Shown piece after piece: positions 32,400-46,040 of a stretch of 64,000 bases of DNA. A program made the position numbers and the translations under genes. The stretch's first letter is position 1. Every line of letters starts with the position of its first letter. The notes beneath the pieces are model-generated. The model saw only the letters and a list, made by a program, of their open reading frames with translations. It was not told where the DNA came from and made no database searches. The stretch comes from Sminthopsis crassicaudata (lineage: Eukaryota), in contig NC_133617.1 in the NCBI RefSeq assembly GCF_048593235.1, positions 631,822,958 through 631,886,957 of the forward strand, in the 5' to 3' direction.

Positions 32400-33520
32400 A
32401 AGTTAGAGCCTGGTTCCTTGAAAGGAGGCAGACTCCTGAGGTCTCATATAAGGACTTTAACCAAACACTACAATTCACACCAGATCACATAAAGATAACA
32501 GAAATCCAATGAGAAACTGTAAGTGACTTCTTAGAATTGCACAAAAGGTCAGCCAGAAGCTGCAGGACAATAGGAGAGGGGGCCCCTTCTAGCAAGCAAC
32601 TTTCAGAGCAGAGTAGCCTCTTGGCCAAACATGCATTCTATAAGGCTTTGTTCCCTGATAGCAAGAGCTGAAAGCTCCCCAGAAAAACCTTAGGGTGAGA
32701 TCCTGGGAGAGGTGCATAGTTAGGGCAAGGGGGGGTGAGGGGGTGGGAGTTATTAATTGAAAGGAAAATAAATAGCTTAGAATAGAAAATGGGAAGCCTT
32801 AATCAAGAAATAAACTTCCTGAAAACATGAAACTGCAAGAAATGTCGAAAACACTCAAAAGAAGAAAATGTAAGATCTGATTTAAAAAAAAAAAGTCAGA
32901 GAGAGAACTGAAAAATCATTAGACTTCCTGAAAACCATGATTTAAAACAAAACCAAATATGTACAGTAACTATAGTTAAGAAATTATAAATGAAAATTTC
33001 CCAAATTATTAGAACCAGAAGGCAAAGCAAAGATAGAAATAATTTGATGACTAACTCCTGAAATCCCCAAAGGAAAAGTCTTAGAATGTCAGAGCCAAAA
33101 TTCAGAGCTACTATATCAAATTAAAACTTCTGCATGCATCCAGAAAGAAGTACTACAAATGAACCCCAATCAGAGTCACACAGAACCTGGCAGCTACTAA
33201 AAATAAGAAAGAAATCTAGGAATATTCCAGAAGGCAAAAGACATAGGCTTACAAACAAGAATAAATAACTTAATAAAAGTGCATATAATTCTGTATGGGT
33301 TAAACATGGATCATAAATGGAAGGACTTAAAAGCATTTATAATGAAAAGATCAGTGCTAAGTGGAAACATTGAAATACAAACACAATAGTCAAGTCTAGA
33401 ATTTTAAACTTATTTGAACAATCAAAAGGAGCTATATGATGACATACTGCTAATGTTCTAATGTCTTTTCAGAACCATAATATCTTTAAAGGGTATCAGA
33501 TAAATTAAAAAAGAGAAATA
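32400..33520 (+). mobile_element. Old L1 ORF1-region fragment
   Basis: gaaaatttcccaaattattagaaccagaaggcaaa ... gccaaaattcagagc ... atcagagtcacacagaacctggcagc. Confidence 0.65.
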
Positions 33521-34379
33521 GAAATTTTGGGACGTGTTAAAATTGTAACTTGTCATGAATGTCCCCCAGCCACTCCTCCCCCCTTCAAGTTACTATAAGT
33601 AACTAAGTAATCCAGTTTTATGAATAGCCAATATAAAGAGGACAATAGTGGGACGTAAGATTATAAAAGAAAGCCTGAAATTTGAGGACGAATTGTCTCA
33701 AAGGTAAAAGGAACATAATTTGCAAATTATATATTAGCTGAAATTCACACCTTATTAACTTGTACTGGATGGGGAAATTTAGGTGCTATTTGTTAAGATT
33801 CGTTTCCTGTGATATGTAAATTCTAGATAAACTCCAGATTTCCACAAATCCAGATCAACAGAACATCCAAAAGGTGCTGATAATTTGAAGATGACTTTGA
33901 AGTCTTACTGATAATTATGAATTTATTAATGAACCAACTCAAAGTGGCATAGAGAGTAGTTGGTTTGTTTCCCCTTGAAACCCTATAAAAATTAGACCTC
34001 AGAGTTCTTCCCCACCTATAAACACTCTTCTATCTTTAAAGGGTCCATGCTACTCAAAGTCTTCCAACTCCAATTATTACTGTAAATGCCTCATCCCCTC
34101 TCCATTTCTTTTCCTCAGTTTGCTTACCTTCTTTCACAATTCCATTCTCTTATCCATTGTCTGCCTCTGTATTCCCACTTTTTATTTTTTGTCTTTGTGT
34201 TGTTTGACTTTACACTCTTGAAAGTTACTAAAATGTGATAGTTGCCTTTGGTACTACTTGCTATCTCATAGGGTTCATAAGAAGAAAAGGAGCAAGCAAC
34301 GAGGAAGGAGTTGGGAACATGGGCATCACATAAAACTCTTATTCAAACCATTTGTTTTGCTTGATTGTGCTTACATGTG

Positions 34380-36520
34380 TGTATATATATATGCTTAATA
34401 TGTTTTTAAAGCAAACAGTTATTATTTCATTTGTTTTACAACTTTTAAAAAAAATTTTAATTCATTTTGACTTTAAATACAAAAAGAACTTCCAAAATTC
34501 CATGTATAAAGCTCAATATAAGGAGGGGATTCAATAGAAAACAATGAATTTCCATATCAGACTTAAAAAAAAACCCAATCAAAATTACATAATAAATACT
34601 ACACATTGTTTTCAAAGCTACTCTGCTTTTCTGTGCTTCTTTCTGAGTTTTCTTTTGTGTCTGTGCACTCTTTCTTCTTCCTCCCTTTTCAATCTACCCT
34701 AGAGAAACATATGCACACATGTGTATATCTAGATATACATACATATATATATACACACACACATACATAAAAAACTATATCCCACATAATTCTATTTTAT
34801 AAGGTTTTGTTTTTTTCAGGAGGTAGATAGCATCTTCCTTCATACATTCTTTGTAATTAGTTTAAATATTTATGATACTCAAGATAAATGTCATCCAAAG
34901 TTGTTTTCAGGGTAATATTTCTGTTACTTTGTAAATCACATACTGCTCATTTCACTTCTCATTCATTCATTCTAGTCTTTCCATGTTTTTCTAAAACCAA
35001 CCAGGTAATCATTTCTTATAACATAGTAGTATTCCATCACAATCATAGTCATCATTTCTTGTATTGCATTACAATCATATGTCACAACTTGTTTAGCAAT
35101 TCCCCAGTTGAAGGTCATCTATCATTTTACCCATCTAATAGATGTAAGATGATCTCTCAAAGTTGTTTTAATTTACTTTTCTAATAAATGATTTAGAGCC
35201 TTTTTTCATAAGGCTATAGTTCTGATTTCTTCATTAAAAACCTGCCTGTTGTTTTTGACCATTTATTAACTGGGCAAAGTTGTTTACATATTTAAGAAAT
35301 AAGACTTTTATCTGAGAGACTGTATAAAGATTTTTCTCTAATTTTTCTGCTTTCCTTATAATCTTGTTTTAATTACTTTTATTTATGTAAAACTCCTTTA
35401 ATTTTATGTAATTGAAATTATTCATTTTATATCTTACAATGTGCATGTTCCCTCTCTTTTTTATAAATAGTTTCGATAATTACTGTCCTATAATATAATT
35501 TAAAATCTGGTACTGCTAAGCCTCTTTCCTTTACAGGAATTACAGGAACATAATTATAAATTACTCTTTATACAGATAAAGTCAGATGTAAATAACTGGA
35601 AAACATTCATTGGCAAAGCCAATATTATAAAAATGAAAAAATACCTAATTTATTCAATGCCATCCCAATTAAATTACCAAAAAATATTAGCTTACTGAAT
35701 TAGAAAAAATAACAAAATCACAAAATTAAGAATTTCAAAGAAACTAATGAAAAGTGTAAAGGAAAGAAGCTTAACCATAATTATCAAAATTATATAGGCA
35801 GATATAGTCCCAGGTATTTTAGACTATCTATAATTAATTTAAATAGGGTATTTCTTGTTATCTCTTCTTGCCAGATTTTGTTGGTGATAAAAAGTGCTGA
35901 TGATTTGTGTGGAATTTTTTTTTACCCCAATACTTTCCCAAAATTATTGTTTCAACTAACTTTTTAGTTGGATTTTTAGGATTTTCCAAGTATATCATGG
36001 TATTGTCTCAAAAAAAGAAACAATTTATCACCTCTTTTCCCATCCTGATTCCTTCAATTTTTTTCATCTCTTCTTGTTATTGTTAAGAATTTCTAAAACA
36101 ATATTGTATAATGTTGGTGATGGTTTCCCTGTTTATCTCTTTTAATTAAATCTATTTTAACTTCAACTTTGTCTCTGGTTATCATTGCTAATCTTGATTT
36201 TTTTTTTCTCCTAATAGCTGAAGCTTAATAAATTCATCTTTAACTTTATGTATCTCTCATTTTGACTTATTTTTTGCAAACAATATACAACAGATTCTGG
36301 TTTTTAACCTATTTTGCTATCCATTTCCATTTTATGAATGAGTTCCTCCCATCTACATTCAAAGTTATAATTACTTGTTGTGCATTTCCCTACACCCTAT
36401 TTATTCTCTCTCCCTTATTTACCCCATTTCTCCTCATGAGTCTTTCTAATCACCACTTTAATCCCTTTCTTATCCTTTCCCCTCCACCTTTGCATTCCTT
36501 AATCTGCCTATTCTTCTAAA
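34380..36520. mobile_element. Mosaic of old L1 fragments in both orientations
   Basis: Reverse-strand 3'UTR/ORF2 pieces and a forward ORF2 piece (ttcaatgccatcccaattaaattaccaaa = FNAIPIKLP). Confidence 0.6.
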
Positions 36521-36769
36521 AGTTCCTCTGTTAGTCTGTTCCCTCGCCCTCTTATTTCTTTATTCATTTAGACTTTTATGCCTTTCTAGTTGTACATGTT
36601 CCCTCTTTAACCCAGTCCCACCTGTTTCCTTTCATGTCTCTTTTGCTTTTCCTTTTCATGTCTCAATTGTACGATACCCTGTGTGGACAGAGGGAAGGGA
36701 AAGGAGAGGAGAGGAAAGAAGAAAAGAGGGGGGAAAAAAAAAAAGGAAAAAAAAAAAAAGAGAGCCGGG

Positions 36770-38491
36770 TTGCCCAAGTATCCAATTGCAGTTGGGTGCC
36801 TTGTGAGGCAGTTCCGACTCTTCAGAGTTTGTGGTGAAACAAAAAGCTTACTTTAAAAAAAGGCCCACTCAAGGCTAAGAGGGTCCCATTGGTGTCCTTC
36901 CCTGCTTACTACTCATGTAGTACCCCCTAGGTTGCACCCTGGGCACAGGCCTGAGGGAAGCATGAACCTCCATGACTGAGACTCTTTTGGATCCGGGCCA
37001 GTTCTCTTTTCCTAGCCTTAGGCTTACAGTCTTGCCCCTCTGCAGCAGCTTGGCCCCTTGCTTAGTCTCCAAAAGCTGTTTCCAGAAACTGGACTTGGGG
37101 AGTTTGAGGACCGACCCCTTGGCTAACTTCTGTAGTTGCCTCTGAATGTCTGGGGCAGACTGGCTACTAAACAAACAGTGGCCCTTTCAGGAGAAGTGAG
37201 TACAAGTTTGTATAATTTTTTAGAGCCCTTACAGGTTGCCCTTGAAGAGAATGGGGTTTTCCACAGCTTTCTGAGTAACTTCTTTTAAGATTCTTATGAT
37301 TGGGGGCAGCTAGGTGGCGCAGTGGATAGAGCACCAGCCTTCAATTCAGGAGGACCTGAGTTCAAATGTGGTCTCAGACACTTAATACATCCTAGCTGTG
37401 TGGCCCTAGGTAAGTCATTTAACCCTAGCCTCAGGGGGAAAAAAAAAAAGTTTCTCATGATTAACCAGCTTCTTAATTCCCATCTTCACAACTTCAGTGA
37501 GATGTCAGCATGTAATCCCTTCTTTTCCTGTCTCTGTTCCCTTCTTGGTAATCCCACCCAGGATCTGCAACTGGGACAACAATATCTCCTGGAGGATATC
37601 TGCCTGAGAGGGAAGACCGCTGTAGCACTACTTAACTTCCAGACTAAATACCAGATCCATCTTTTTTCTTCTATTGTGCAGGAGAAAATAATGATATTAA
37701 TATCTCTCCTAGTAAGATCAAATTGAAGGGAGATGTCTTTAAAGCCCTCAGTAAACTTAATGGGGTCTTTGGAGTAACGACTCAGTTTTCCCTTAATTTG
37801 GGAAAGATGTGACATTGAAAAGGGGACATGTACCCTGATTGTTCCTCCCTAGGCGTCTGCTACTTATCTCAATGGGCAGAATTTAAGAGGGGTGTCTGAG
37901 CCAGTCTTGAGAAGAGAGATAAGACGTCCCACTCCAATGGGAGGCACTGAGAAATCCAACTCAGAATGTGAGGATTTCAGGGACTCATAGGAAAGGGATT
38001 GGGGAAATCTTATTGGACACAGAGTTCAGATCCTGATAGGGGGTGGTCCTAGGAGGCATTTTGGAGTCTGGGAGTGGGGCATACAAAGGGATGGAATAGG
38101 AAGCTTGTGGTCTCAGAAGGACAGAGAAGAAGATCATCTAAGAAATCCTTTTCAGTCTCCACCTTCAATTTCCCCCCTTCAAATTTAACTAGTAACATCC
38201 TATATTGATGTCTTAAGTTAGTCTGAGAGAAGGCCATGAAGGCCTGGACATGTGGAACTTCAAAGTCCATTTGCCTTCTCAAGGACAAAATAGATCAAGT
38301 TATAAAATGGTATTATAGTTTAGAGACTCATTGATGGGCCATTTTTTACTGATCTTTTAGGTTAAATTGGGGCCAGGCTGGATTACAAAAGAAAATGAGC
38401 CACTTCTTTTTGAGAATTTGTAGGCCAAATGTGTCTGTTTTTAAAAAGAGCCTAAAGGAGGATTTTGGGGAATAGAAAGAAATTGTCCCAT
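36770..38491 (-). pseudogene. gag: Endogenous gammaretrovirus-like (ERV1) gag relic; probable leader extends to about 39050
   Basis: ATG at 38491 gives MGQFLSIPQNPPLG, then LKKKWLIFFCNPAWPQF, KWPINESLNYNTIL*LDLFCP*EGKW, EVPHVQAFMAF (MA-like); VHVPFSMSHLSQIKGKL..YSKDPIKF, EVTQKAVENP, SQSAPDIQRQLQKL (CA-like). Many stops and frameshifts; no pol detected. Confidence 0.88.
37302..37449 (+). mobile_element. Full-length WSINE1 inserted into the ERV gag, with TSD
   Basis: ggggcagctaggtggcgcagtggatagagcaccagcc...A-tail; flanks aagattcttatgatt and aagtttctcatgatt. Confidence 0.92.
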
Positions 38492-39055
38492 TTTTGCTAC
38501 AAAACTGTAAAGAAAAGTTAAAAGTTTCAAGTCCTTTAGCAATTTGTCTCCCCTGGGAAAAAATGTCCTGGAGAGGTGAAAATGACAAATGAAGTATACT
38601 AAAAACTGCAAGTGTTCCCAAGACCAGGTGTCCCCAGTAAAAGGAAGTATGCTTGAGTGTAGAGCTCACTGAGAATGGAATCTCCCGAAGACCCAGCAAG
38701 CCTTCCTACAGCTTCTAGGTTTCCTACCTATTGGAAAGTAACAAAGGAATATCTCTTCCTATAGCAAATTTTCTCCTCTGAAAAAATGTCCTGGAGAAGT
38801 GACAGACAACCCACCCAAGAAGCCTTCCCAGAGGCTTTTGGAGGCCCTAATTATAGGGGGAAAAGAAAAAAAAAGAAAAATAGACTTACCTTGAAATGGA
38901 GGAAGTTGAGGTTAAGGGATACAGATGAGACTCCAAAACATATTAGGGTTACAGGCCAGTGTCTCAAGTCATCCCAAAAGAATTTGTAGGCATAGACCTC
39001 CAAATTGATGTGCAAAGAGTTTGTTACCTAAGAGCAGGTTAAATTCCAAGAGTAG

Positions 39056-39108
<53 letters not shown>

Positions 39109-39120
39109 CATCTATCTATC
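39056..39120. repeat. (CTAT)n/(GATA)n tetranucleotide microsatellite, about 16 units
   Basis: Direct reading; one interrupted unit (ccat). Confidence 0.95.
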
Positions 39121-39124
39121 CATG

Positions 39125-39545
39125 AACTTGGCCTGGGACCTTTTATTGATTAATCAAAGAAAGCCAGAGTAATTTGGGTTTAAAATCATTAAGAAAGAAA
39201 TGTAGCCCATAAATCTCAATATATCTTGTGTGGTTTCAGAGATCAAAATGTATGTTCCTTTGGGCAGAATACCCACAGGTAGGATATGAAATACCCCATG
39301 TGAATAGAGGGAAGGGAAGAGAAGGGGGAAAAAGTAAAGAATTTTGTTGTCCAAGTGGCCAGTTCCAGTTGGGTCCCCGGTAGTGCAGCATCTACTCCTA
39401 CTCATAGAAGTTGTTTGTCCTTTGTTTTCTAAAAGGACTAGGACTAAAAGGAGGAGATGCCATAATCTGCAAGTGAATTGGATTGAAGTGAGGGAGGATT
39501 GTGCAGGGTCACCTGTCTCACTTTTCCCCCCACAGCCAGCTGGTC
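39125..39545 (+). mobile_element. WALLSI4/MdoRep1-like marsupial SINE fragments
   Basis: gttgtttgtcctttgtt...gcaagtgaattggattgaagtgagggagg...gtcacctgtctcactttt; the same family occurs reversed at 60180-60600. Family name from memory. Confidence 0.55.
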
Positions 39546-39639
39546 TCAACATTTATCTTAATCTTATGGAGAGTGAATTAAATTTAATGTTTGTAATACA
39601 GCTTCTATTTTTCTTTCTCTGTCTGTCTCTCGTTCCTTT

Positions 39640-42600
39640 TTAATGTTTTAAATAATTTGTCCTTTTTACTTTTACCTGCCAGTTATATTTTTTAGAATCA
39701 CTCCATCATACTTAGCCCAGCCCGTCTTTCTTTCAAACTCAAGTAATTAGTCAAGTAATGATGACAGTCTTAAGATATTCCATTTTCCCTATAAGAAGTA
39801 CAATTTGACTTTATAATTGGTCTTTAATGTTTACTTTGTGCTACTCCTGAATCTTATATGCCAAATTTTCCATTGAGTTCTGATCTTTTTGTTACAAATA
39901 GCTAAAAGTCTTTCAGTTCATTAATTTCCTTTTCTTTTCTTTTTTTTTCCATTCGGGATTATATTCAACTTTGCTGAACAAATTAATTTTGGCCACAAGC
40001 TTAATTAATTTGCTCTTCAAAATATTATGTTGTGAGACCTATAGTCTTTTAATATAGGAGCTGCTAGGTCTTATGTGATCTTAACTCTGAAGTATTTAAT
40101 TTTTTTTCCTTGTTGTTTGTAATCTTTTCTCAACTTTGGAGCTTTGAAATTTGACCATGATATGCCTGTTAAGTTTTCCTCTGGGGTGATAGGTGTATTT
40201 TTTTTTTTTTTTCTATTTCTACTCTACCCTCTTGTTCTAGAACTTCCTTAATACATTTCTTAAAACATTGCATCAATATTATTTTTTCTTATAAAATTTT
40301 TAAATAATAGCTTTTTAATTTTCAAAATACACACAAAGATAGTTTTCAACATTCGCCCTTGCAAAACTTTTTGGTCCAAATTTTTCTTCTTCTCTTGCTC
40401 CCACTTTCCCCCAGATAGCAAGTAATCCAATATAGGTTAAACATGTGAAATTTTTCTAAACATTTCCACATTTATCATCTGCACTAGAAAAATCAGATCA
40501 AAAAGGGGAAAAATGAGAAAAAAACAAGTAAACAACAACAAAAAAAAAAAAAAAAAAAAAAAGGGAAAATACTATGTTGTGATTCACATTCAGTCCCCAT
40601 AGTCCTTTTTCTGGATACATATAGCTCTCTCCAGCACAGGTCTATTTGAATTGGCCTGAATCACATCATTGTCAAAAAGAGCTAAATCCATCACAGTTGA
40701 TCTTGTTGTTGCTGTGTACAATGAATGTTCTCTTGGTTCTACTCATTTAGCATCCCGTGAGTCCCTCCAAGCCTTTCTGAAATCATCTTGCTGATTGTTT
40801 CTTATGGAATAATATCTTATAACATTCATATACCATAGCTTATTTAGCCATTTCCCAATGGCATCAGTTTCTAGTTTCTTACCACTATAAAAAAGGGCTG
40901 CTACAAACATTTTTGTACATGTGGCTCCTTTTCCCTCCTTTAAAATCTCTTTGAGATACAGACCCAGTACAAACACTGCTGGATCAAAGGATATGCACAA
41001 TTTGATAGCCCTTTGGGCATAGTTCCAAATTGTTCACCACTATGGTTGGATTAGTTCACAACTTCACCCACAATGTATTATTATTGTCCCAGTTTTTCTA
41101 CATCCCTTCCAACATTTATCATTATCTTTTCCTATTATCTTATCTAATCTGAGAGGTGTGTAGTGATACCTCAGAGTTGTCTTAATTTGTATTTCTCTAA
41201 TCAATAGTGATTTAGAGCATTTTTTCATATGACTAAAAATGGCTTTAATTTCTTCATCTGAAAATTGTCTGTTCATATCCTTTAACCATTTATCAGTTGG
41301 AGAATGGCTTTAAACCTTTATTAGAGGGATGTAAAAAAAAATTCCCAGTTTTCTGCTTCCCTTCTAATCTTGGCTGCATTGGTTTTGCTTGTACAAAGTC
41401 TTTTTTATTTAATATGATCAAAATCATCCATTTTGCATTTCATAATGTTCTCTAGTACTTCTTTGGCCATAAATTCCTTCCTTCACGGATCTGAGAGATA
41501 GAGTATCCCTTGTTCTCCTAATTTACTTATAGTATCATCCTTTATGTCTAAATCATGAACCCATATGTTAAAATTTTTATTTATTTAATTAATTTTTACA
41601 AAAATTTTATGCATAGGTATTTTTTCAGCATTGACAATTGCAAAATCTTTTGTTCCAACTTTTCTCCTCCTTCTCCCCCACCCCCAATGGCAGTTTGACC
41701 AATACATGTTAAATATGTTAAAGTATAAGTTAAATACAATATATTATACATGTCCAAACAGTTATTTTGCTGTACAAAAAGAATTGGACTTGAAACAGTG
41801 TACCATTAGCCTGTGAAGGAAATCAAAAATGTAGGCAGACAAAATTAGAGGGATTGGGAATTCTATGTAGTGGTTCATAGTCGTCTCCCAGAGTTCTTTC
41901 GCTAGATGTAGCTGGTTCAGTTCATTACTGCTCTATTGGAACTGATCTGGTTCATCTCATTGTTGAGACCCACGTCCATCAGAATTGGGCATCATATAGT
42001 ATTGTTGTTGAAGTATACAATAATCTCCTGGTCCTGCTCATTTCACTCAGCATCAGCTCATGTAAGTCTTTCCAGGCCTTTTTGAAATCATCCTGCTGGT
42101 CATTTCTTACAGAATAATAATATTCCATAATATTCATTTACCACAATTTATTCAGCCATTCTCCAATTGACGGGCATCCATTCAGTTTCCAGTTTCTGGC
42201 CACTACAAAGAGGGCCGCCACAAACATTCTTGTACATACAGGTCCCTTGTCGTTCTTTAAAATCTCTTTGGAATATAATCCCAGTAGTAACACTGCTGGA
42301 TCAAAGGGTGTGCACATTTTGATAACTCTTTGAACATAGTTCCAAATTGCTCTCCAGCAAACAGTTTTGGATTTGCAACTAGTTAACATTTCTCTTTGAA
42401 TTAAGAGCAACTTTTCAAACTTCACTATATTCCACTGAACATGACCCCAGACCTTTTCTATTTCCATAGCAGTTGATTTTGGTGCTGTTCTTTCTCCTTT
42501 GCTTACTCATTTTTTAAAAAAGTAACTTTTATTTGTTTATTTAGCAGCTATTTTAGTTGGCTCTAGTCTTAAGGTGTGGAGAATGGTGCCCCAGTACTCA

Positions 42601-43255
42601 AGTCTTTCTTATTATTGTTTTCTAGGCCCTGTCTGGGACCCAACCTCAGACACTCTGCTTCACCCTTAAACCACAGCTAAGATCCCAACTATACTGTCAT
42701 GCAAACACTCTTGCTCCCTGTGGTCTCTCCCACCACAATAAATTTCATCTCCCGCTCTGCCCTTGAGCCAAAAGCAGGGACTTCACTGTCCTGCAAGTGC
42801 CCACAGGGTTTCTGTTCCTCTACTACCCCACTCACTGAGTCTGTGTTAATTTCTCTTCCACCGAAGCCTAAGCCCTAAACCTCATCTGGTCAACACAGCT
42901 GGGCTTGGCATCCCAAGACAGTGGAGGGTCCTTCTACCTTCCCCTACCCAGATGTCAGACCTCCACATTGTCCATGAGGGTGACTCCTGATCCAGATGCC
43001 CCCCAGTCAGTTTATTAATACAGTGAAGTCTGCCTGGAGGTATTTGCACTTCACTGTGGCCAAATCTCTGACCCCCTCCCCCATCATATTTCCTGAGGTC
43101 CTTTCAAGTTGTCTTAGGAAGACAACTGGCTTATTCCAACTTTTATTTCTTTTTGCCCCTCTATCTATATTCACTTGATATGATGTTCTGTCTTGTTTAT
43201 GGAAGAAATTTGGAATTTTCTTACCTACATCACCATCTTTCCAGTATCCTTTTCT
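39640..43255 (-). mobile_element. Nested or tandem L1 fragments (ORF1 about 39640-40260; 3' ends about 40290-41530 and 41570-42358; 5'UTR-like about 42480-43255)
   Basis: ORF2 C-terminal translations KKCSKSLLIREIQIKTTLRYHYTP and PFDPAVLLLGLYSKEILK...MFVAALFVVARNWKLNGCPSIGEWLNKLW. Confidence 0.85.
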
Positions 43256-43699
43256 GACTACGTTAATGTTACAGAGCTTTTGTTTTTATCTTCTAGTTTT
43301 CACAGTAGTGTGGGAATGTCATAAGGAAGGGAAGGTTAATAATAAAGCGACCATAATATTTTAATAATAATACAGAAAACATTCAGAAGGAAATAGAGAG
43401 TCAGGAGAGTTTTTAAAATAATATGTAAATTTTATTATGTGCTTTGTAAAAAGCGGTATGATTCAAAATTTCAAACAGAATCCTTTTAATATTCAGCTGT
43501 ATGTATGAAAGTGATCTCTTTTCAGTTTTGAATGATTTAAGAACTGATTAATGCAATGAACAAACACAATTCTAGAAGAACAATCATGAAGTATGCAGCT
43601 GCTTCCTAACAAAAAAGTTAATGACTGACTCAAGGTGCAGAATTAGACATATTTTGAGACATGGTCAATGTAGGAATGTTTTGTTTGACTATACTTATT

Positions 43700-44301
43700 T
43701 GTGTGACGCCATTCCAAGTACTATTTATATGGGACCCACTTGTTTGTGGAGATAATGCCCAACCGGGCGATGAAAGGCAGGGTAGAGTTGGTGAGAAGAG
43801 CTCCAGCCTTTGGAATATTTTTTGGGACTACTCAATTGGTCAGGCCCTGTGGGACTCTTCAAGCTTGAAGTCACTTTGTCTACTCTTAGCTTCCAGCTTT
43901 GAGAGAGAAAATGGAAGAGGCTAACCCCATTTCAGGTAGCTGAAGGAAAAGGCTGGGAAGATGTGAGACCAGTGGGCAGTCCCCACATATGCCCTTTCCC
44001 AGGTGGCTAAAGTAGACTTTTCAGGAAGTTTCCCTTTGGAGGAGATCAAAGTCTCTCTTGGTTGAGCCAAATTATCTTTTGAGCCAAGTTATCTGATGAT
44101 CAGCCAAGTTATCTTTCCCTTAGTTTCTGGGAAAGCTCATTCACTTTATGTTGTTTTGTATATATCCTCCTATGTATACTTTCTCTGATTTCTGTTTTGC
44201 TATGATTCAAATAAATTGTTTTCTTTGTTATTCACTATGTGAGTTCATTGTATTAATGATATTAGATAGGAAAGAAGCTTGGGGTTTCCCTGCTTCCCAC
44301 A
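43700..44301 (+). mobile_element. Solo LTR-like element
   Basis: TG...CA ends (tgtgtgacg / cccaca), AATAAA at about 44210, internal triple direct repeat; interrupts an L1/HAL1-like 3' end; no clear TSD. Confidence 0.5.
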
Positions 44302-45039
44302 AGTAAGAACGCCATCAGAAGTTAGATGGAAACACAATAGTATTCCTTATATGAATAATATTTAAGGGAGCAGAGATATCTCAGTGTAGAGATTAGAGTG
44401 GACCCCTGGTTCCAATCTCCTGTTTCCCTTTTATCAGGAAATGAAGTCTCTCTCTTGGAGAAGTATAGGAGGAAACAAGCCTAGGAATGTCTCTTCTTCC
44501 TTCAAGCCATACACAAAGATTATGACATAGGTGGGCCTCATTACACAGCTGGGGCCCTTTCTTTACAATTGAGTTATATCTGTAGAAATAGAATTCTTAG
44601 TGATTTATTTTTAGAAGATATTATGAGTATTTTTATAGGCTAATTTTTTTCTTTTCTAAAAATCTGTGGTTCTGTGGTTTTTTTTTTTTTTTTTTTTAGT
44701 AATCTTGTTTCTCAGAGTCAAACCATCTTGTTTTCAATGACCCTACTTGACTACACCTTTTATTATCTGAGGATTATATTGAATGACCAGTAAAATCCAC
44801 CAGCCCAATCCTCAGGAGGCTCACTGTTTAGATTTTGAGGGCTTGAAGTAATGAGTTTAAATGGCATTAAAAAAAAAATAACAAATTTTGTATTTATAAA
44901 AATATTTTTTTCTTGAGAGATTCTTTCCCTCCAAAGCTGATTTTATTTATTTATTTGTTTGTTTTTAGAATGGTGAATCTTAATGACATGACATCTTTAG
45001 CTTCATTCTTATTCAAACATTTCAGTCATATCTTACTAT

Positions 45040-45230
45040 TCATGACCCTATTTGGTGTTTTCTTGGCAAAGATACTGGAATGTTTTGGCCATTTTCTTCT
45101 TTAACTCATTTTACAGATAAGGCAAACAGGGTTACATGACTTACTCAAGATCACACAGTAAGGGAAGGATTTGAACTCAGTAAGATGAATCTTTCTGATA
45201 CCAAGCCCAGTGCTCTATCCACAATGCTAG
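45040..45230 (-). mobile_element. MAR1-type SINE
   Basis: ggtgttttcttggcaaagatactggaatgttttggccattttcttc...ttttacagataaggcaaacagggtt. Confidence 0.8.
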
Positions 45231-45269
45231 TAGATAGTTGTCTCAGTTCTTACCTAACTCATAGTGATT

Positions 45270-45830
45270 GAAAGATGTTGCCAAATGTTTGCGGCAACCC
45301 TTTTTGTAGTAGCAAGAAACTAGAAACTGAGTGGATACCCATCAGCTGGAGAATGGCTGAATAAGATATGGTATATGAATGTTATGGAATATTATTGTTC
45401 TGTAAGAAATGACCAGCAGGATGATTTCAGAAAGACCTGGAGAGACTTAGATGAACTGATGCTAAGTGAAATGAGCAGAATCAGTCAATCATTAAACATG
45501 GCAACAAGAAGATTATATGATGATGGAAGCTAGTTCCAATTGTTCAATGATGAAGAGAGCCATCTACACCTAGAGAGAGGACTATGGGAACTAAGTATGC
45601 ATCACAACACAACATTCTCACTCTTTTTGTTGTTGTTTGCTTGCATTTTGTTTTCTCACTCATTTTCTTTCCTTTTTGATCTGATCTTTCTTATGCAGCA
45701 AGATAATTGTACAAATATGTTTACATATATTGGATTTAACAAATATTTTAACACGTATACCATATATTGGATTACTTGCCATTTAGAGGAGGAGGTTGAG
45801 GGAAGGAGGGGAAAATTTGGAACAACAACA
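45270..45830 (+). mobile_element. L1 ORF2 end plus 3'UTR
   Basis: aatgaccagcaggatgatttcagaaagacctggagagactta...gaactgatgctaagtgaaatgagcagaa. Confidence 0.85.
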
Positions 45831-45944
45831 AAAAATACTTGCCTCAGGCAACCAAACAGGTCTGGGAAAAGTTCTTTATTTAGAAAGAAAAGTTTTTGGC
45901 ATTTTCCTATGATCAGTTTTATTTCAGAAGCAGACTTTTGTCTC

Positions 45945-45990
45945 CCTATTTAAAAAAATATGTTGAAGTATATGTTAAATACAATATATG

Positions 45991-46040
<50 letters not shown>

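Noticed and set aside
33520-34010. Possible additional solo LTR
   Set aside because: No convincing TG..CA ends, TSD or polyA signal could be fixed; needs RepeatMasker
37302-37380. tRNA-like A/B boxes
   Set aside because: Head of a WSINE1 SINE, not a tRNA gene
39125-39600. Possible 5' LTR and PBS for the ERV gag (AATAAA at about 39143; TGGAGG near 39000)
   Set aside because: The segment matches the SINE family also found at 60.2-60.6 kb; the PBS match to any tRNA 3' end is too short
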